Assembly: GCA_965649825.1 (NCBI GenBank)
Contig: OZ287697.1
Span: forward strand, 1,536,351-1,600,350
Length of the DNA stretch: 64,000 bases
Source: Penicillus capitatus
Taxonomy: Eukaryota > Plantae > Chlorophyta
Reading direction: 5' to 3'
The notes below the pieces were generated by a model. The model searched no databases and had not been told where the DNA came from. It saw nothing but the letters and a program-made list of their open reading frames with translations. Positions within the stretch are counted from its first letter, which is position 1; every line of letters begins with the position of its first letter. The translations under genes were made by a program, and so were the position numbers. This document shows positions 1-11,840 of the stretch, piece by piece.

Positions 1-147
1 CGTGTGAGGACTCGGCTTGTATCGGTGAGAGAGGGTTTCTTGCAGGGATGGTGGCAGTTTGCCGTTTCGTCGACGCAGTGAAGGACGGTGTGCTTCTGCG
101 CCACCGGGATCTGTGACGACTGATGGGACCCTTCGAGGAAGGGTAGC

Positions 148-265
148 TGTCGCGCCGGCGCCAGAGAACGTAGTCGAGGAAACAATGTTAAACGGCAAAT
201 TATCCTTCGGTCCGCAGATCAACAACACCCTAAATGTAATCGTTATGAGTTCTCATTGACCGACA
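148..265 (-). repeat. 3' LTR of element A
   Basis: Begins TGTCG and ends CGACA (inverted termini). About 80-85% identical by hand alignment to 4075-4158 joined to 4637-4672. Confidence 0.8.
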
Positions 266-279
266 CCGCTTCCCTGCGC
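266..279 (-). promoter_or_regulatory. Polypurine tract of element A
   Basis: Minus strand GCGCAGGGAAGCGG directly precedes the LTR start TGTCGG. Confidence 0.5.
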
Positions 280-599
280 ACTACTGAAAAGGGCAAAATG
301 TGACAGAAAGGTATGCACAAAGAAACAGAATAGGATTGAGATCCAATGACCTAAACAGTAAAGACATCAAAAATAAAGTTCTCATTCTAGAAATCGCCCC
401 GGGGCCACCTTTACAAATGTCACAGCCAAAAAATAAATTGTTGACAAATAAAGAAAAGGATCGCGGAGATTCGAGTCAATCAGCCGTCATATCATGATCT
501 ACCTCATACTGAGGGCCGCAAACGAGATGAATGATACGGTCCTGTAAGTGTTCTGCGTAAAGTCTGTGTCCAGAAGAGTGCTCGATGCACCAGAGTCGA

Positions 600-2400
600 T
601 TGCCTAGCTCGCAAAACGTGAGGACCTGTCCAAGGTGTGTCCAGAGGGTTACGACGTCTGTCTAGCCTCCATAAAAGGACAAGAGAACCCGGCTGTTATG
701 GAGGTTGCTAATGTTTATTGGTCCCACTCCGGAGAGCTGCCCGTCTCTGCTCAGCTGTAGTACATCATTAGCCAAAAAAAGGCCATTGGTCCAACACTTC
801 TCACTCGATTTCCTCGCCACTTTTGTTCCGACCAAGGAGCTAGTCGGAGGCAGTAAATCCAGTAATACGATGGACTGCTTCGTTCAGGAGTTTCTCCGCC
901 TCGAAGCAAGTAGGCATCGGTCCTGGCTAAGCCCGGTGTCGACGGATTTGGCGCTTGAGCGTCTGGATGGCCTGTTCAGCCATCCCATTGGAATAAGAGG
1001 AACCGACTCTTGTTGTTAAGTGTGACCTAGATGATGCTGGCACCAGTCTTGGACGTCTCTGCCCGTGAACACCCGCGCATTGTTCGTGACAATAGCCCGA
1101 ATGGTCACTCAACTGAGCAATTTTTTATTAAGTTGGCGGTACTTACATCCCCTTTTAAAGTGAAACATCAGAGGAGAGGCCGAACACATTGTTCATTGTT
1201 CATAGTGACTCAAACTAGTTCATGTGGATTAACACCACCTTCTTCCTTGTGAGGTCCATTCTCTTGCGATGTTGTCCAGGAATGCCGCCAGCGAGCTCGG
1301 GGCATTCCAAGGAGAGTGAGATTGCCCTTCACTAGTTAACAGTTCTTGCTGGTAAGTCCTTCGGATGCCATCAAATCGGGTGCAGGAGTGGAGCAGGTGA
1401 TCTCTGTCTTCGTCTCCTTGCCCACATTCGCAAATTGCGTCTACCTCAACTGAGCAATGACGGCTCCGCCATCTCTCTCTAAGGCGGACACAACAACATC
1501 AGAGTTGATTGTCTTGCCACTAAAACTGGATGAAGCGAGTCCGTCCGTCCACAATGACCAAGAAGGACTGTCGTAGTCCTCTCCAGCTGATGGGCGCAGC
1601 CCAATTCACGTACAGATCTGATTCGGACGGGAATGTTCTAGACCGGCCCATGGGTCGCGAAACTGTCGATGAGCAAATCTCTGACAGACCTCGCATCGTT
1701 AAATCCACTCTTGCACATCATCACGCTCTCCAACCCAGCACCGACCATCTCGTCTCAAATGTTGCATCGTCTTGTCAAAAGACTAGTGTCCACGGTGGGC
1801 GTTTGCTAACCATCGCTGCTTGTGTTCCAAACTTGGGGCATCGCACCATGTAGCTCCATTCTTCATCTCCAGTCAACTTGTCATGATAACGGCTTAAAGC
1901 ATCTGCCACTGCATTGTCTTGACCCGGCAGAAAGAGTACACTGAATCGACCAGCAAAGTTGGCTAACGGCCACTCCACCAGATGCGTCGCCCGAATTCCT
2001 CCAGCGCTCTTGACAACGGATGCTGATTGATACGCTGAACAATGGCTTGAGAATTCCTCCAGATCGTCATGAAGCGTCCAATATAAGCGCCATGGTCTCG
2101 CCTAGACTCCAACAAACGGCACGCACCTCCCCAAGTATACTGGATACGGCATCGGTAGTCTTCTAACTACCAAGGCTTAAAAATCTTTTCTTCCTGATGG
2201 GACGTGGTTCGGATTTTTTCTGACCACGGTTTTTGGCCGGCACGGGTTCACGCCGTATCCTTAGGGTACGAGGGTAACCCGCAAGCGGAAAGCGGTCGCC
2301 GACGTCGCAGCTGGTGGGCGTCGGTGAGAACGAGGACGCGCGGGGATGTTCGTTCGTGCGGGAGGAGCTGGTGGACGACGTAGCAAGAAGAGGCGAGAAG
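600..2400 (-). pseudogene. pol: Decayed pol remnant: RNase H + integrase with GPY/F motif
   Basis: Minus-strand motifs across frameshifts: VLVLTDA, SILGEVRAVCWSL and PGQDNAVADALSR (RNase H); FLVIVDGRTRF, IVTNNARVF and SNGMAEQAIQTLK (integrase D,D35E region); PWTGPHVL (GPY/F) near 612-635. Confidence 0.85.
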
Positions 2401-2528
2401 GTGACGGCGAGCCTGGTCCGTCAACGAGTCAGCGAAGGAAGATCCCCCTGAGGCTGGGTCAAGCCCCTGCATGGTGTCAGTCCGTTCCGGACGGAGCGGT
2501 GGACCGTCATAAACTTGCGTTTGTCACT

Positions 2529-2740
2529 ACGGGTGACATTTGTCTGACCTGTCGCTGGCAGATCCCGGGCATAGTCAGGAGCAGCGCTATGACCGAGAAG
2601 CTTCCTCGCTAGAAGGGGATAGCGGGGCTGGTCGACCGTCTTACCCACTGCGTTTGTCTCATCACGAGGGGCATTTGCCTGGCGCGTCGCTGGCAGATCC
2701 CGGGCGAAGTCAGGAGTAGTGCTAAGACTGTGGAGCTTCC
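2529..2740. repeat. Two-copy direct repeat, 135-nt period, inside element A
   Basis: Core GTCGCTGGCAGATCCCGGGC..AGTCAGGAG occurs at 2551 and 2686. The period is 45 codons (minus-strand PDYARDLPAT / PDFARDLPAT), probably in gag. Confidence 0.75.
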
Positions 2741-3409
2741 CTGTCTGGTCGACTGTGTGGCCATGTCCTCCCCGAGCTATGGGAGGTTAATGCAGATAGC
2801 TCTCTCCCGAGCCGCGGGAGATTAATGCGGCGGCTTTCGCGACCCCACCTCCTTGGCTACTGGAGGCTAAACGTAGCCGTCTCATGTGCAAGGCTCGTTG
2901 GAACTTGTTCCCGGCCAGACCACCCGCCCTGTTGTTGTCGGTCTGGTTTCGATGAGTGTTTTTGGGCGGTTTTTACACAAATGGCGAGACACACCTTTAC
3001 AAACAATCCATAGCTTGTACATGTTGTCCAATATGCCTCTGGCGAATGGACTTTAAGCCTTGATTAACACACACCAAGGCTTAATAGACGGCCACTGCGC
3101 TGCTCGTCTAACTGCAGAGAAAATCCATGGCGATTGCTCCACCGCCGGCTCTTGTGGCGGAATCACGATTGGTGGGGGCTGCACTCTCGTGAGCGTCGAC
3201 CAAAGCCACCGCCGCCATCCCTCCAAAGCATCCAGGTTATTGTCGGGAATCTTGTAACGACTTCGAGAAACTTGGAGTCGAATCGCTCGCGAACGACGCC
3301 GATAAACACACACTCAGACTTGCAACAGGAACACGAGATTATGTGGTTAAATACCCTGGATGGTTAGTGTGAAGGCACGGATTATATTGATTGATTGTTG
3401 TTGCTGTCG

Positions 3410-3605
3410 GAAGGATCTGGCTGTCACATTGTGACAGTCTAGATTTCCCAGGGTTCTGTCTCCGAAGGGGGGGGCGCTTTTACGACGTGTCATATCACCT
3501 GTGGTATACAAAGGCTGAAGGTAAACACGTGAAAACTTTTGCTTTGTAAACGAAAAGCCTTTCGCTGTGTTTGATCGTTTGACGCAGCGACCCCCGCGTG
3601 ACAGT
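3410..3605 (-). repeat. Inverted, diverged copy of the MITE interior
   Basis: Reverse complement (TTTGTATACCACAGGTGATATGACACGTCGT...CGGAGACAGAACC) aligns to ~4285-4487 (TTTGTATGCCACAGGTGACATGGCACGTCGT...CGGAGACAGAACC). Confidence 0.75.
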
Positions 3606-4059
3606 CGCATAATAGTCTTTTCAAGAATTCATTATTCTAGTCTGATTGCGGCCGCGCCGGCCCTGACAGTTAGGACCCCACGAACCTCCGCTTCTAACGG
3701 CTGCGAAATTCAGCACACATTTGGTAACAACAACCCTACTGTCATTTGAAAGTTTGCTCGGGAGCTGATATCCGTCGCGACCAATGGTTGGCGCTCCAGG
3801 ATAGTTATGTCAAGAATCGACCCTTTTTGTGGCTACGGGCAGTGGTTAGAAGACTATATTTCCTACAGTTACGTCGCTTGTCCTCTCTGTCGAGGGGTAT
3901 CCCGGTTGTGGGGGTGCTCTCTGTTGTCCGGTCGCGGATGTGGTCTGAGTAGTTTCCCGAGGAGATTCTCAAGCGCCAGAACGAGTGCGGACCGCTTCCT
4001 AGGTTAGCGCAAAACATAAAACCGCGCTGAAAAGTAACTTACGCGCCATCGAAAACGTT

Positions 4060-4071
4060 GCTCTGAAACCA
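4060..4071 (-). promoter_or_regulatory. Primer-binding site of element A
   Basis: TGGTTTCAGAGC lies 3 nt inside the 5' LTR end. It has one mismatch to the plant-type tRNA-iMet PBS TGGTATCAGAGC. Confidence 0.75.
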
Positions 4072-4074
4072 AAA

Positions 4075-4672
4075 TGTCGCACCGGCACCGGAAGACGTAG
4101 TCGAGGAAACAATCTAAAAGGGCGAATTATCATTCGCTCCGCTGATCAACAATACCCTTGTCAGTGGACAGCTGTCCAAGGAATGTTACGAATTCCAACA
4201 ACTATTGCTCAACCAGCCTTTGTTGACGATAAGCCGTCGTCGTTAATTAGTTTTCCGTGCGTTTTCCGTGCGTTACCGAGACGAAGCTGTGACAATGTCG
4301 CGCAGAAGCGCTGCGCTAAAGATATTGTGCTGCGGAAGGCTTTCATGTTTACAGAGCTAGGTAGACATGTGTCCACGTTCATGTATTTGTATGCCACAGG
4401 TGACATGGCACGTCGTGTTAGCGCTCCTCCGGAGACAGAACCATTGAACAAGACACGTCATAATGTGACGGCTTTTTCCTTCTGACAGTGTCGCGCTGTC
4501 GATGAGCAAACACACGCAAAAACGACGAAGGCTTATAGTTACAAAGACTCTTCATACAATAATGTGTTGAGTTTATGCAATTCCTTTGTCAGCTGCACGA
4601 AGGTGGACAGCTGTCCACTGACAGACAGACAACCCTAATCGTAATCGTTATTAATTCTCATTAGTCCTGTCA
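4075..4672 (-). repeat. 5' LTR of element A, split by a MITE
   Basis: 4075-4158 and ~4637-4672 together reconstitute the LTR at 148-265. Confidence 0.75.
4159..4631. mobile_element. MITE-like non-autonomous element with 20-bp TIRs
   Basis: Perfect inverted repeats TGTCAGTGGACAGCTGTCCA (4159-4178) and TGGACAGCTGTCCACTGACA (4604-4623). Absent from the other LTR. ACCCT occurs on both sides. No transposase ORF. Confidence 0.8.
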
Positions 4673-4919
4673 CGCTTTCGCATGGGTGTCGCATCGTTTG
4701 CCTCTTTTCTCGGGGCCCTTCATCCCAAGGGGCGCTTATTAAGGGTTAGGCGTACTTCTCAGAGGTGTTTCTCTGGCTCCGAGAGTCGGATGACTAACCA
4801 GTCTCGACACATTTGTTGTATAAATCGTGAATAGAAACCTCGAAACACCTTGCTCTGAAAAACGTGAAAGTTTTCCACTGTTTGTTCTCTTAAGCGCGGC
4901 GCCTCCGCGTGACATCCCA

Positions 4920-7900
4920 GTAGCTGAACAATGCTATGGTCTTTAGCCGTGACTTTTCAGCTGAGCGTCCATTCTTCGATGTTGAGGCAGCTGCTCTGCA
5001 TGTCGTCCGCGGCGTCATTTTGAAGGAAACAGTTCCATGACGAAGGAAGAGCACTTGTAGACGCAGCTCTGTCGACTGCTTCGGCATTCGAAAAGCGAAG
5101 GTTGATGGCAGACGCTGCTCAGTGCAACATCGCACTGAGAAGATAACTCTCCCTTGGAGATCGAGTCAACAGAGGCCTTATTTCAGGCTTCGGCAGGAAG
5201 TGCATGATATCGGCAATTTCATTATACATGTTCGGGTTCTGGAGAAAAACTCTTCGGCGTCTCGCGACGAGAGCTGCCGGGAACATCTGTCTGTGATGTG
5301 CAGGACTTGAGATGTATTCGCTTCTCGTGTGCTTACCATGATTGAATATTCGTTGACGGTTTTGCTGCTAAATGAGAGAGGGTCACACTTTCAGAATGTG
5401 TGACTGACTCGGTGTTAATGGTTTCGCGCGCACGAGCGATGACGCATGTCATTCGATTCTTAACGCAACAGTCAGTATTACATCTCACACATTCATCTCG
5501 TTGTGAAATTGCTTAGCGACTGAGAATCGTTGTCCTGTGGATACTGTCGTTTAAATGAAGGTCTTAATGAACGCAAACGTGTTTGGATGTGCACCTAGTG
5601 ACTTGCACCCCTAGTGGGATTGACAGTGACCGAGGTTCTGCGGCGGCCACTGCCACGGCGGCGACACAGAGAAAGAAAACCCTGCTTGAACAGGACAAAG
5701 ATGTGATCGGTTACGTAGACTCTGATAATGTGATGCGGTCCTGAACGGGGATCGACTGGCACACCCTCGTTGATCAATGTCATCCTCAAGTACGTGGCAC
5801 CAAAGCTGACGAAACAGCAGAGAAAGCAGAACAGCAGCGCGCCGTTGGACACGACAACACCCAGTGTCACCAGGACTCGAACGACCGAGGAGACTCTGTC
5901 TTCGCTGAAGAAGATGCTCGAGACAAAGGTCAGCGAGGACACGAGAATAGAGGCTCCCTCCATTTCGTTCAGGACGTCAAAATCGTGACGGTACGGACGG
6001 CAGACTATCTGCACGTACAGGGCCAGAATCAGGACGAACACTGCGAGAAGGTGCTGCAGATCGGCGCCCAGCGGGTAAGAGAAAACGACAACGACGGCCA
6101 GGATGGCCTTACGCAGCAGGATGATCGATTCCCAGAAGATGTACTTCTTCTCGTACGATCGGTAAAGGAAACCAGCAACGTCGTAGACCCATCCCTCCTT
6201 GTAGTCTTCCTTGACGTTGCAAACGGTGAGGTGACCAATGACGGCGGGAAAGCCGAATGTGAAGACGGCCAAGAACGGCCATCCCAGGACACCTGCCAGG
6301 ACTGCGTGGGATCCCTCGTAGCACTTGATCGCGGTGTCGACCGACCAGTAATCCGTTGTGTGGTCGACGCCGACGGAGACTGAGTCGTGGACTCTGATGC
6401 AGCTGAGGATCTTGACGAGAGACTTGCTCAGCGAGATGTAGCTGATGTAGAAGATGACGAGGGCGCTCAGGGTAACCTTCTTCAGCAGATAGATCCACGT
6501 CTTCTGGTAGCAGGTCTTGATCATGAACCAGAAGACGGCGTAGACGAGGATAGCGGCCAGGGGCTGGAAGATGTCGACCAGAGTGCTTCCGATGGATCGT
6601 TCGATCGAGGCAGTCGCTGGAATGATGCAGTCCACGGAACGATTGACGGCTTCGGACGTGATGCCGCTGACGAACTCTGCAGAGAGGACAAGGCAGTGAT
6701 CGACAGTTTGATGTCACGGTGATCCCTTACCGGCGGCTTCGAACATGGCGATGATGGCGAGGGTCCACTCGACGTTGACAGCAATGGCAATTGCCGTCAC
6801 CTGAAGAAAGTTCACCGTTATCTGTACGACAGCCCAGAATTTCACTCATTCAGTGCGAGATGGATGTGCAGATATGACCTTGAACATCTCGACTGCTTTC
6901 CATTTTGCGAGTTCCGCTTCTTCAAGGCTCTGATCGGGATCGCTTCCTTGTTCCTGATCGCTTCCCTGACCGTATCGAGAGCTCAGAAATTTGCTAGGCA
7001 CGTGCCCAGTGACCATCATCTCTACCATCTGTTCGTTGACCGGAACCGGACGCTCACTCGCAGAAGCGACGGGTGGCCGAGAAGAGGATCCCTGCTGCGA
7101 CGAAGGCGAAGGCGATGGCGATGCAGCAGCGGCAGGAGTCTTTCGATTGCTTCTGACTGTGAAGCTTGACAGTCCCATCAGAACGAGAAAGGAGACAAAG
7201 ATCAGAGCGTAGTTGCCGAATCCCGAGAAGCACTTCTCGCAGAGGAAGGAGTGCGTCTTTCCATAAGAATCCATGCACGAACCGCAGAGAGGTCCATCGT
7301 GTCCCTGCGATACAAGTGTATGAGAAACTGAGATGACATCCAGACGCACCTCTCTGCACTGCGCCTCTGCGTAGTTCTCGAGCGATTCCTCGTCGAAGTC
7401 GCAGCTCTGCACGTCTCTGGTCGCCTCAATCATACTCTGCTGCCTGTCTTCTGAGTCGCAGCCGTCAGATGCGAGACACCTCTGGATGTGTTCGGAGCAC
7501 GGTGTCTTGTGCCAGTATCCCTTCTTCGGCAGAATCACTCGGTTCTCGCAGTTCCCGTTCTCGGGACACGGGTGGCAGGCCAGGTCGTCGTCCGGATGGA
7601 AGCTGAAAGTCGATGTCGTGCAGGGCTCGCAGAAGGTGCCGTTTCCCGATGGCACCTCGCCCATGTCGCAGCTCTTCACTTCGACGGTGATCTCCAGACT
7701 CTCGATCTGCTCTTGGTCGAATTCGACGACGACCTTGTAGGTGCCAGGCGTCGCAAACCCGGTGGTGGTGAGATGCACAAGATCCTGGTTCAGGAGCACC
7801 CCCGTGCTTCCGTCGAACAATCCATCTGGCGAAGACATCAGGGCCAGAACCTCTCTGTTGTCCATTCCGACTGCAGGACCTTGGCCGAAGCTGTCAAGGG

Positions 7901-10900
7901 CTCTCAGTGCAATCGCGGGAAGCGGCGAGCCGCTCTTGTAGTTGCTTATGATGTAGGCGTCTTCGTTTACCGACACCACGTCTTCCTCCTCCTCGCTGAG
8001 TATGTGCGACTGGACGCTGGACAGAAAGGATGCAACCTCTGGGCCGTATCTGGCAGCTGCGTTGCCCGACAGAGCTGGACAGATGTCCTCTGCGAATTCG
8101 AGGCCCATCAGCGACTCCATTTTCTTCCTTGAATAGAATTCCGGTGCATCACTGGACGTCTGGGCCGGACACTGGACTCGCACGATCGCCGCCCTGTCGA
8201 CGACGACTCCTCCGCCAGCCGCTTCTGCTTCGTTCGCCGAGATGGAAGAGTTGACGACGGCGACTACCCCGCAGATGTCTCCTTGTATCGGCGAGCAGTT
8301 CTGGTGCGCCGCTTGCACCTCTCTGGCAACATGCAGTCCACCTGCGCGATAGGATGATCACTTCTCCTCTGTTGGCACACATGAGAGTACCTCCGTACAC
8401 TGCCGAGTTGTTCACCACAGTGCTCTCCACCAACTGGAGAGCGAGGGATCGTGGATCGGTGTACTCGAGAAAGATCGCTCCTCCGCGTGTTGCTCTGTCG
8501 TCATGCAGCGTGCAGTTGGCGCACAGAATGCGCGAGGCGGATCTCCCCGCGATGGCACCACCGTCCTCCTCCGCTGTGCAGCGGGTCACAGTCAGATTCT
8601 TCGCTCTGACATCGGACTCTGACAACGCAATGGCGCCTCCATCGACATCGGCACTGCCGTTGAACATCCACGTCGACTCAACGAACATCACGCTCCTCTC
8701 CCCGGCACTGACAAAGCCGCCGCTTTCGGAGGCCTTTCCGTCGGCGATTTCCAGGTCGCTGACGCTCAGCGTCGACTCCGAGAGGAAGAAGCTGCCACCC
8801 TGCTCGGCTGTGCCATCTGTGAAGCGGCTGGATGTGATACTCAGGGATGAAGCCTTCATGTGGCAGTGTCCTCCGGATTCTTCGGCACGGTTGCCAGCAA
8901 ATGTGACATTCGCCAGATTCCCAGTGCTGTTCCTTCGCAGATCGAGAGCTCCGCCCAACCGGGCAGTGTTGTTGCTGATGCGCGCGTCCGTGATGTTGAC
9001 AGTGCCTGGCTCTGCGCAGAACAGTCCGCCTCCGTTGCTGGCAGCATTGTTTCCTGCGAGGAGCAGTTGGCTGGCAGCGAGAGTGCTCCGAGACAAGTGG
9101 ATGCCGCCTCCCTCCTCATCTGCATGACTGGCTGTGATACTGACATTTGTAATCACAGCAGATGCATGCTCCTCTAGGCGCAGCGCACCACCTTCCTTTG
9201 ATGCCCGACAGTCTTGGATGGTCGTATTCCGCATCGTGAGATTACCGCTTCTGGTATTGATGCAGCCGCCTAATCGGGCAGTCCCATTCTCTAGTGATGA
9301 ATCAATGATAAGCAGAAGACTGTTTTCTATTGCTTGTATGAATCCACCAGTCTCACATCGGCTGTTCTTGAAAGTGCATCGACTCAGGTTGAGTGCGGAA
9401 TTCTCAGTATGTAGAGCTCCACCGCTGTACATGCCCTGATTGTCGATAAAAGTAACGTTTACTAAAGTATCGTTCTCGCTGTAACCTTCCCGTATGGCGC
9501 TACCAGCCGCGGCAAAATTGTTCCTGAAGAGAGAGTTGGTTATGGTCATGTTTCTCGAACTGGTGGTATAGAGTCCTCCGCCTGATACATTGGCAGTGTT
9601 GCTTTCAAAAACCAGTCCATCTCCAGAAATCGTTGATCTCATTCCAAAGACGCCGCCTCCATATACTGCGCCATTTGCTACAAAGCGTGTATGAGTGATG
9701 ACAGCTGTTCCGGATAGGGTCACTCGGATGCCGCCTCCATCATACCCGGCGTGGCACCCTTGTAAGGTTGAATTGTGAACAGTGACTGTTGCCATATCAC
9801 AGTTCACGCAGGCACCTGACCTTGCAGTGCCATTTCTGAACACAGAATGTCTGATGTCGACGTGTGATCCCTCTTTGATCTCCAGACATCCGCCACTCTC
9901 TTCTGCCCTTCCATTGATGAGGATGCACCGCCTGATGGTGGCATTCGATTGAGAAACATGCACGGATCCTCCCTCTAAAGATGCAGAATTCTCGGTGAAG
10001 GTGACGTTGACGAAGCCGCCAACGGAATTTGATGAAAGCATGACGGCCCCTCCACTCTCAGCCGCATTGTTGCGGAAGTGCGAGTCGCTGATGGACAGTT
10101 CCGACTCCACGGCGTACACGGCGCTTTCATTGTTGTCTGCCAGATTCAGTCTACTGCCGACGATCTGTGACTCCGTGATGTAGAGTCCCGCTCCTTGTTC
10201 TGCCGATCCTTTGTCGATGCGGCATCTTCGGATGTCGAGTCTGGATTCCTTGGCGTGAACTGCGCCGCCAGTCGTCGATGCGTTGTTCTGGTCGAAATCG
10301 CAGTCGGAGAGATTGGCCGAGAGGACCAGATCCAGATAGAGAACGCCGCCGACGTCAGCTGCGTTCTTGCTGAAAGTGGTATCTGCGATGGCGACGTCAG
10401 ATTCGGAGGCGGCCAACACTCCGCCAGAACTGTTGGCGCTGTTTGAGATGAAGCGGCATGACTGGATGAGGGCAGAGCTGGCTGCTCGAAGACTCAAGGC
10501 GCCGCCCTGTCTTGCTTTGTTCCGTCTAAATGTGTCGTTCGCCAAAGTCACATTCGAGCTTGTTGCGACGATGGCGGATCCGTTCATGCCAGCATTCTCT
10601 TCGAAACGAACATCACGGATGGATGCAGATGCACTCGACAGTCGAATGCAGGGAGTGGCAGCGTCCGCCTCGGAGATGTTGACTGCATTCTGGACAAAGG
10701 AAGCGTCGGACAGATGCAACTCGCTACCTTCGATGTGAAGGATGGGACACGCGTTCTTCGTTGCATCCATGCGTGTGATGGATATCTCTGAGCCATCTGA
10801 CCCGCGGAACACTGCCGTACTGGCGTTTGCGGAGTCCGACAGACGGTTCTGCCGAACGCGGATGTTCTCCAGCCGGTTCTCATGGGACAGTGTCACACCA

Positions 10901-10963
10901 CAATGACCTCCACACTCATTGTTGGAGAATTCGAAGTCCATCAGCTCCAGTCTGGAGCAGGAA
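4920..10963. repeat. Segmental duplication, copy 1 (copy 2 = 57960-64000)
   Basis: Colinear high similarity over P1 coding sequence, its introns and ~670 bp of 3' flank. Copy 2 runs off the window end. Confidence 0.95.
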
Positions 10964-11840
10964 GGACTCTCCATGGCGAGAGCAGCAGCATCGATCACGG
11001 TGTTCCGTTCGAAGCTGACGTGCTGAAGCTGGATGACGCCTTGCGTTCTGCTGGACTGGCACTCCTCCACCTCGACGATACCTCGAGGCCCAGAAGAACC
11101 TCTCAGAGAGCAGTTCTCGAATCTGAGGTTTGCAAGCAGAACACTTCTAGATCTACACAGAAACGGAGTCTCAACCCTGTCTTCTCGCCGATGCCGGTAG
11201 GCTCACCTGACAAGGAAGACCCCTTCGCCTTCGACGGAGCATGTTATGGACGCCTTCCGCGCGGCTCTCGGATAGAGACCCTCCACACTCCGAGTTCTGC
11301 CCGTCGCTGCGCTGATCGTCACGTTCCACGGGATGGTGACTCTGGCCGCTGGGCGGACGACTCCACTGACGTCGAAGACGAGCGTATCTCCTTCTGCCGT
11401 ACAGTTGACAATGACTTGCAAGTCACTGTCAATCGCCTCAAGGACTACGTCGTCGATGCGCCAAGTACGCGTCGCTGCGTCGAGATACCGACGCACCTCG
11501 TTTCTGCGCAAAGCGCACGGATACTCTGAGCAAATTCACATACCAAGTCCTCAGTCCATCGTGGCGCAACCGCTGTCTCGTAGTGCTCACCCGAATCTGA
11601 ACCATCGGCCTCGTTCTGCAGCAGGCGTTTCCCGAGACTCTGTTTTCCGATAGCGAGTTCGTCGTCCAGCGGCCGAGACGTCATACGCGAAGAATCCTCG
11701 AACCCTTCAATGCCGTTTCCGACCCTCTCCGACACGGGTCGGCTACGGTCCAAACGTATTGTCATTTCAGCTGTGGCGCATAGCGAAGGCAGAATTGGCA
11801 GGAGGCAAAAAACGGAGAGGAATCGAAAGAGAGTGGCCAT
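5595..11840 (-). CDS. P1: secreted beta-helix (Pmp-like GGA repeat) / Cys-rich / multi-pass membrane protein, ~1973 aa, 7 exons
   Basis: Exons 11840-11591, 11525-11207, 11152-8391, 8341-7350, 7304-6879, 6821-6731, 6676-5595, all with GT-AG introns. The 5922-nt sum is divisible by 3. Signal peptide MATLFRFLSVFCLLPILPSLCATA, repeated FxxNxAxxGGA motifs, CxPCP..GYWH..GPLCGxC stalk and hydrophobic C-terminal helices. Confidence 0.9.

Larger units (their letters stand above)
148..4672 (-). mobile_element. Degenerate Ty3/gypsy LTR retrotransposon (element A)
   Basis: Two related ~120-bp TG...CA direct repeats (148-265; 4075-4672 minus a MITE insert). On the minus strand: PBS-like TGGTTTCAGAGC inside the 5' LTR boundary, a purine-rich tract before the 3' LTR, and RNase H then integrase remnants between them. 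Confidence 0.85.

Noticed and set aside
4155-4636. piggyBac-type assignment of the MITE (CCCT at the left end)
   Set aside because: No matching AGGG at the right end and no TTAA target duplication.
143-4677. Target-site duplication for element A
   Set aside because: Flanks (GTAGC vs CGCTT) do not match; the element is old and its outer boundary is uncertain by a few bases.
7305-7349. Several in-frame, stop-free introns (45, 48, 51, 54, 57, 60 nt) as a regulated intron-retention system
   Set aside because: About 8 of ~35 introns is close to what chance gives for 45-65-nt introns; no evidence without RNA data.
8354-9127. Long antisense or alternate-frame ORFs (also 34216-35349, 49326-50327, 50646-51812, 60477-61397)
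   Set aside because: They overlap well-supported genes or remnants and show no motifs; they are shadows of GC-rich repetitive coding sequence.
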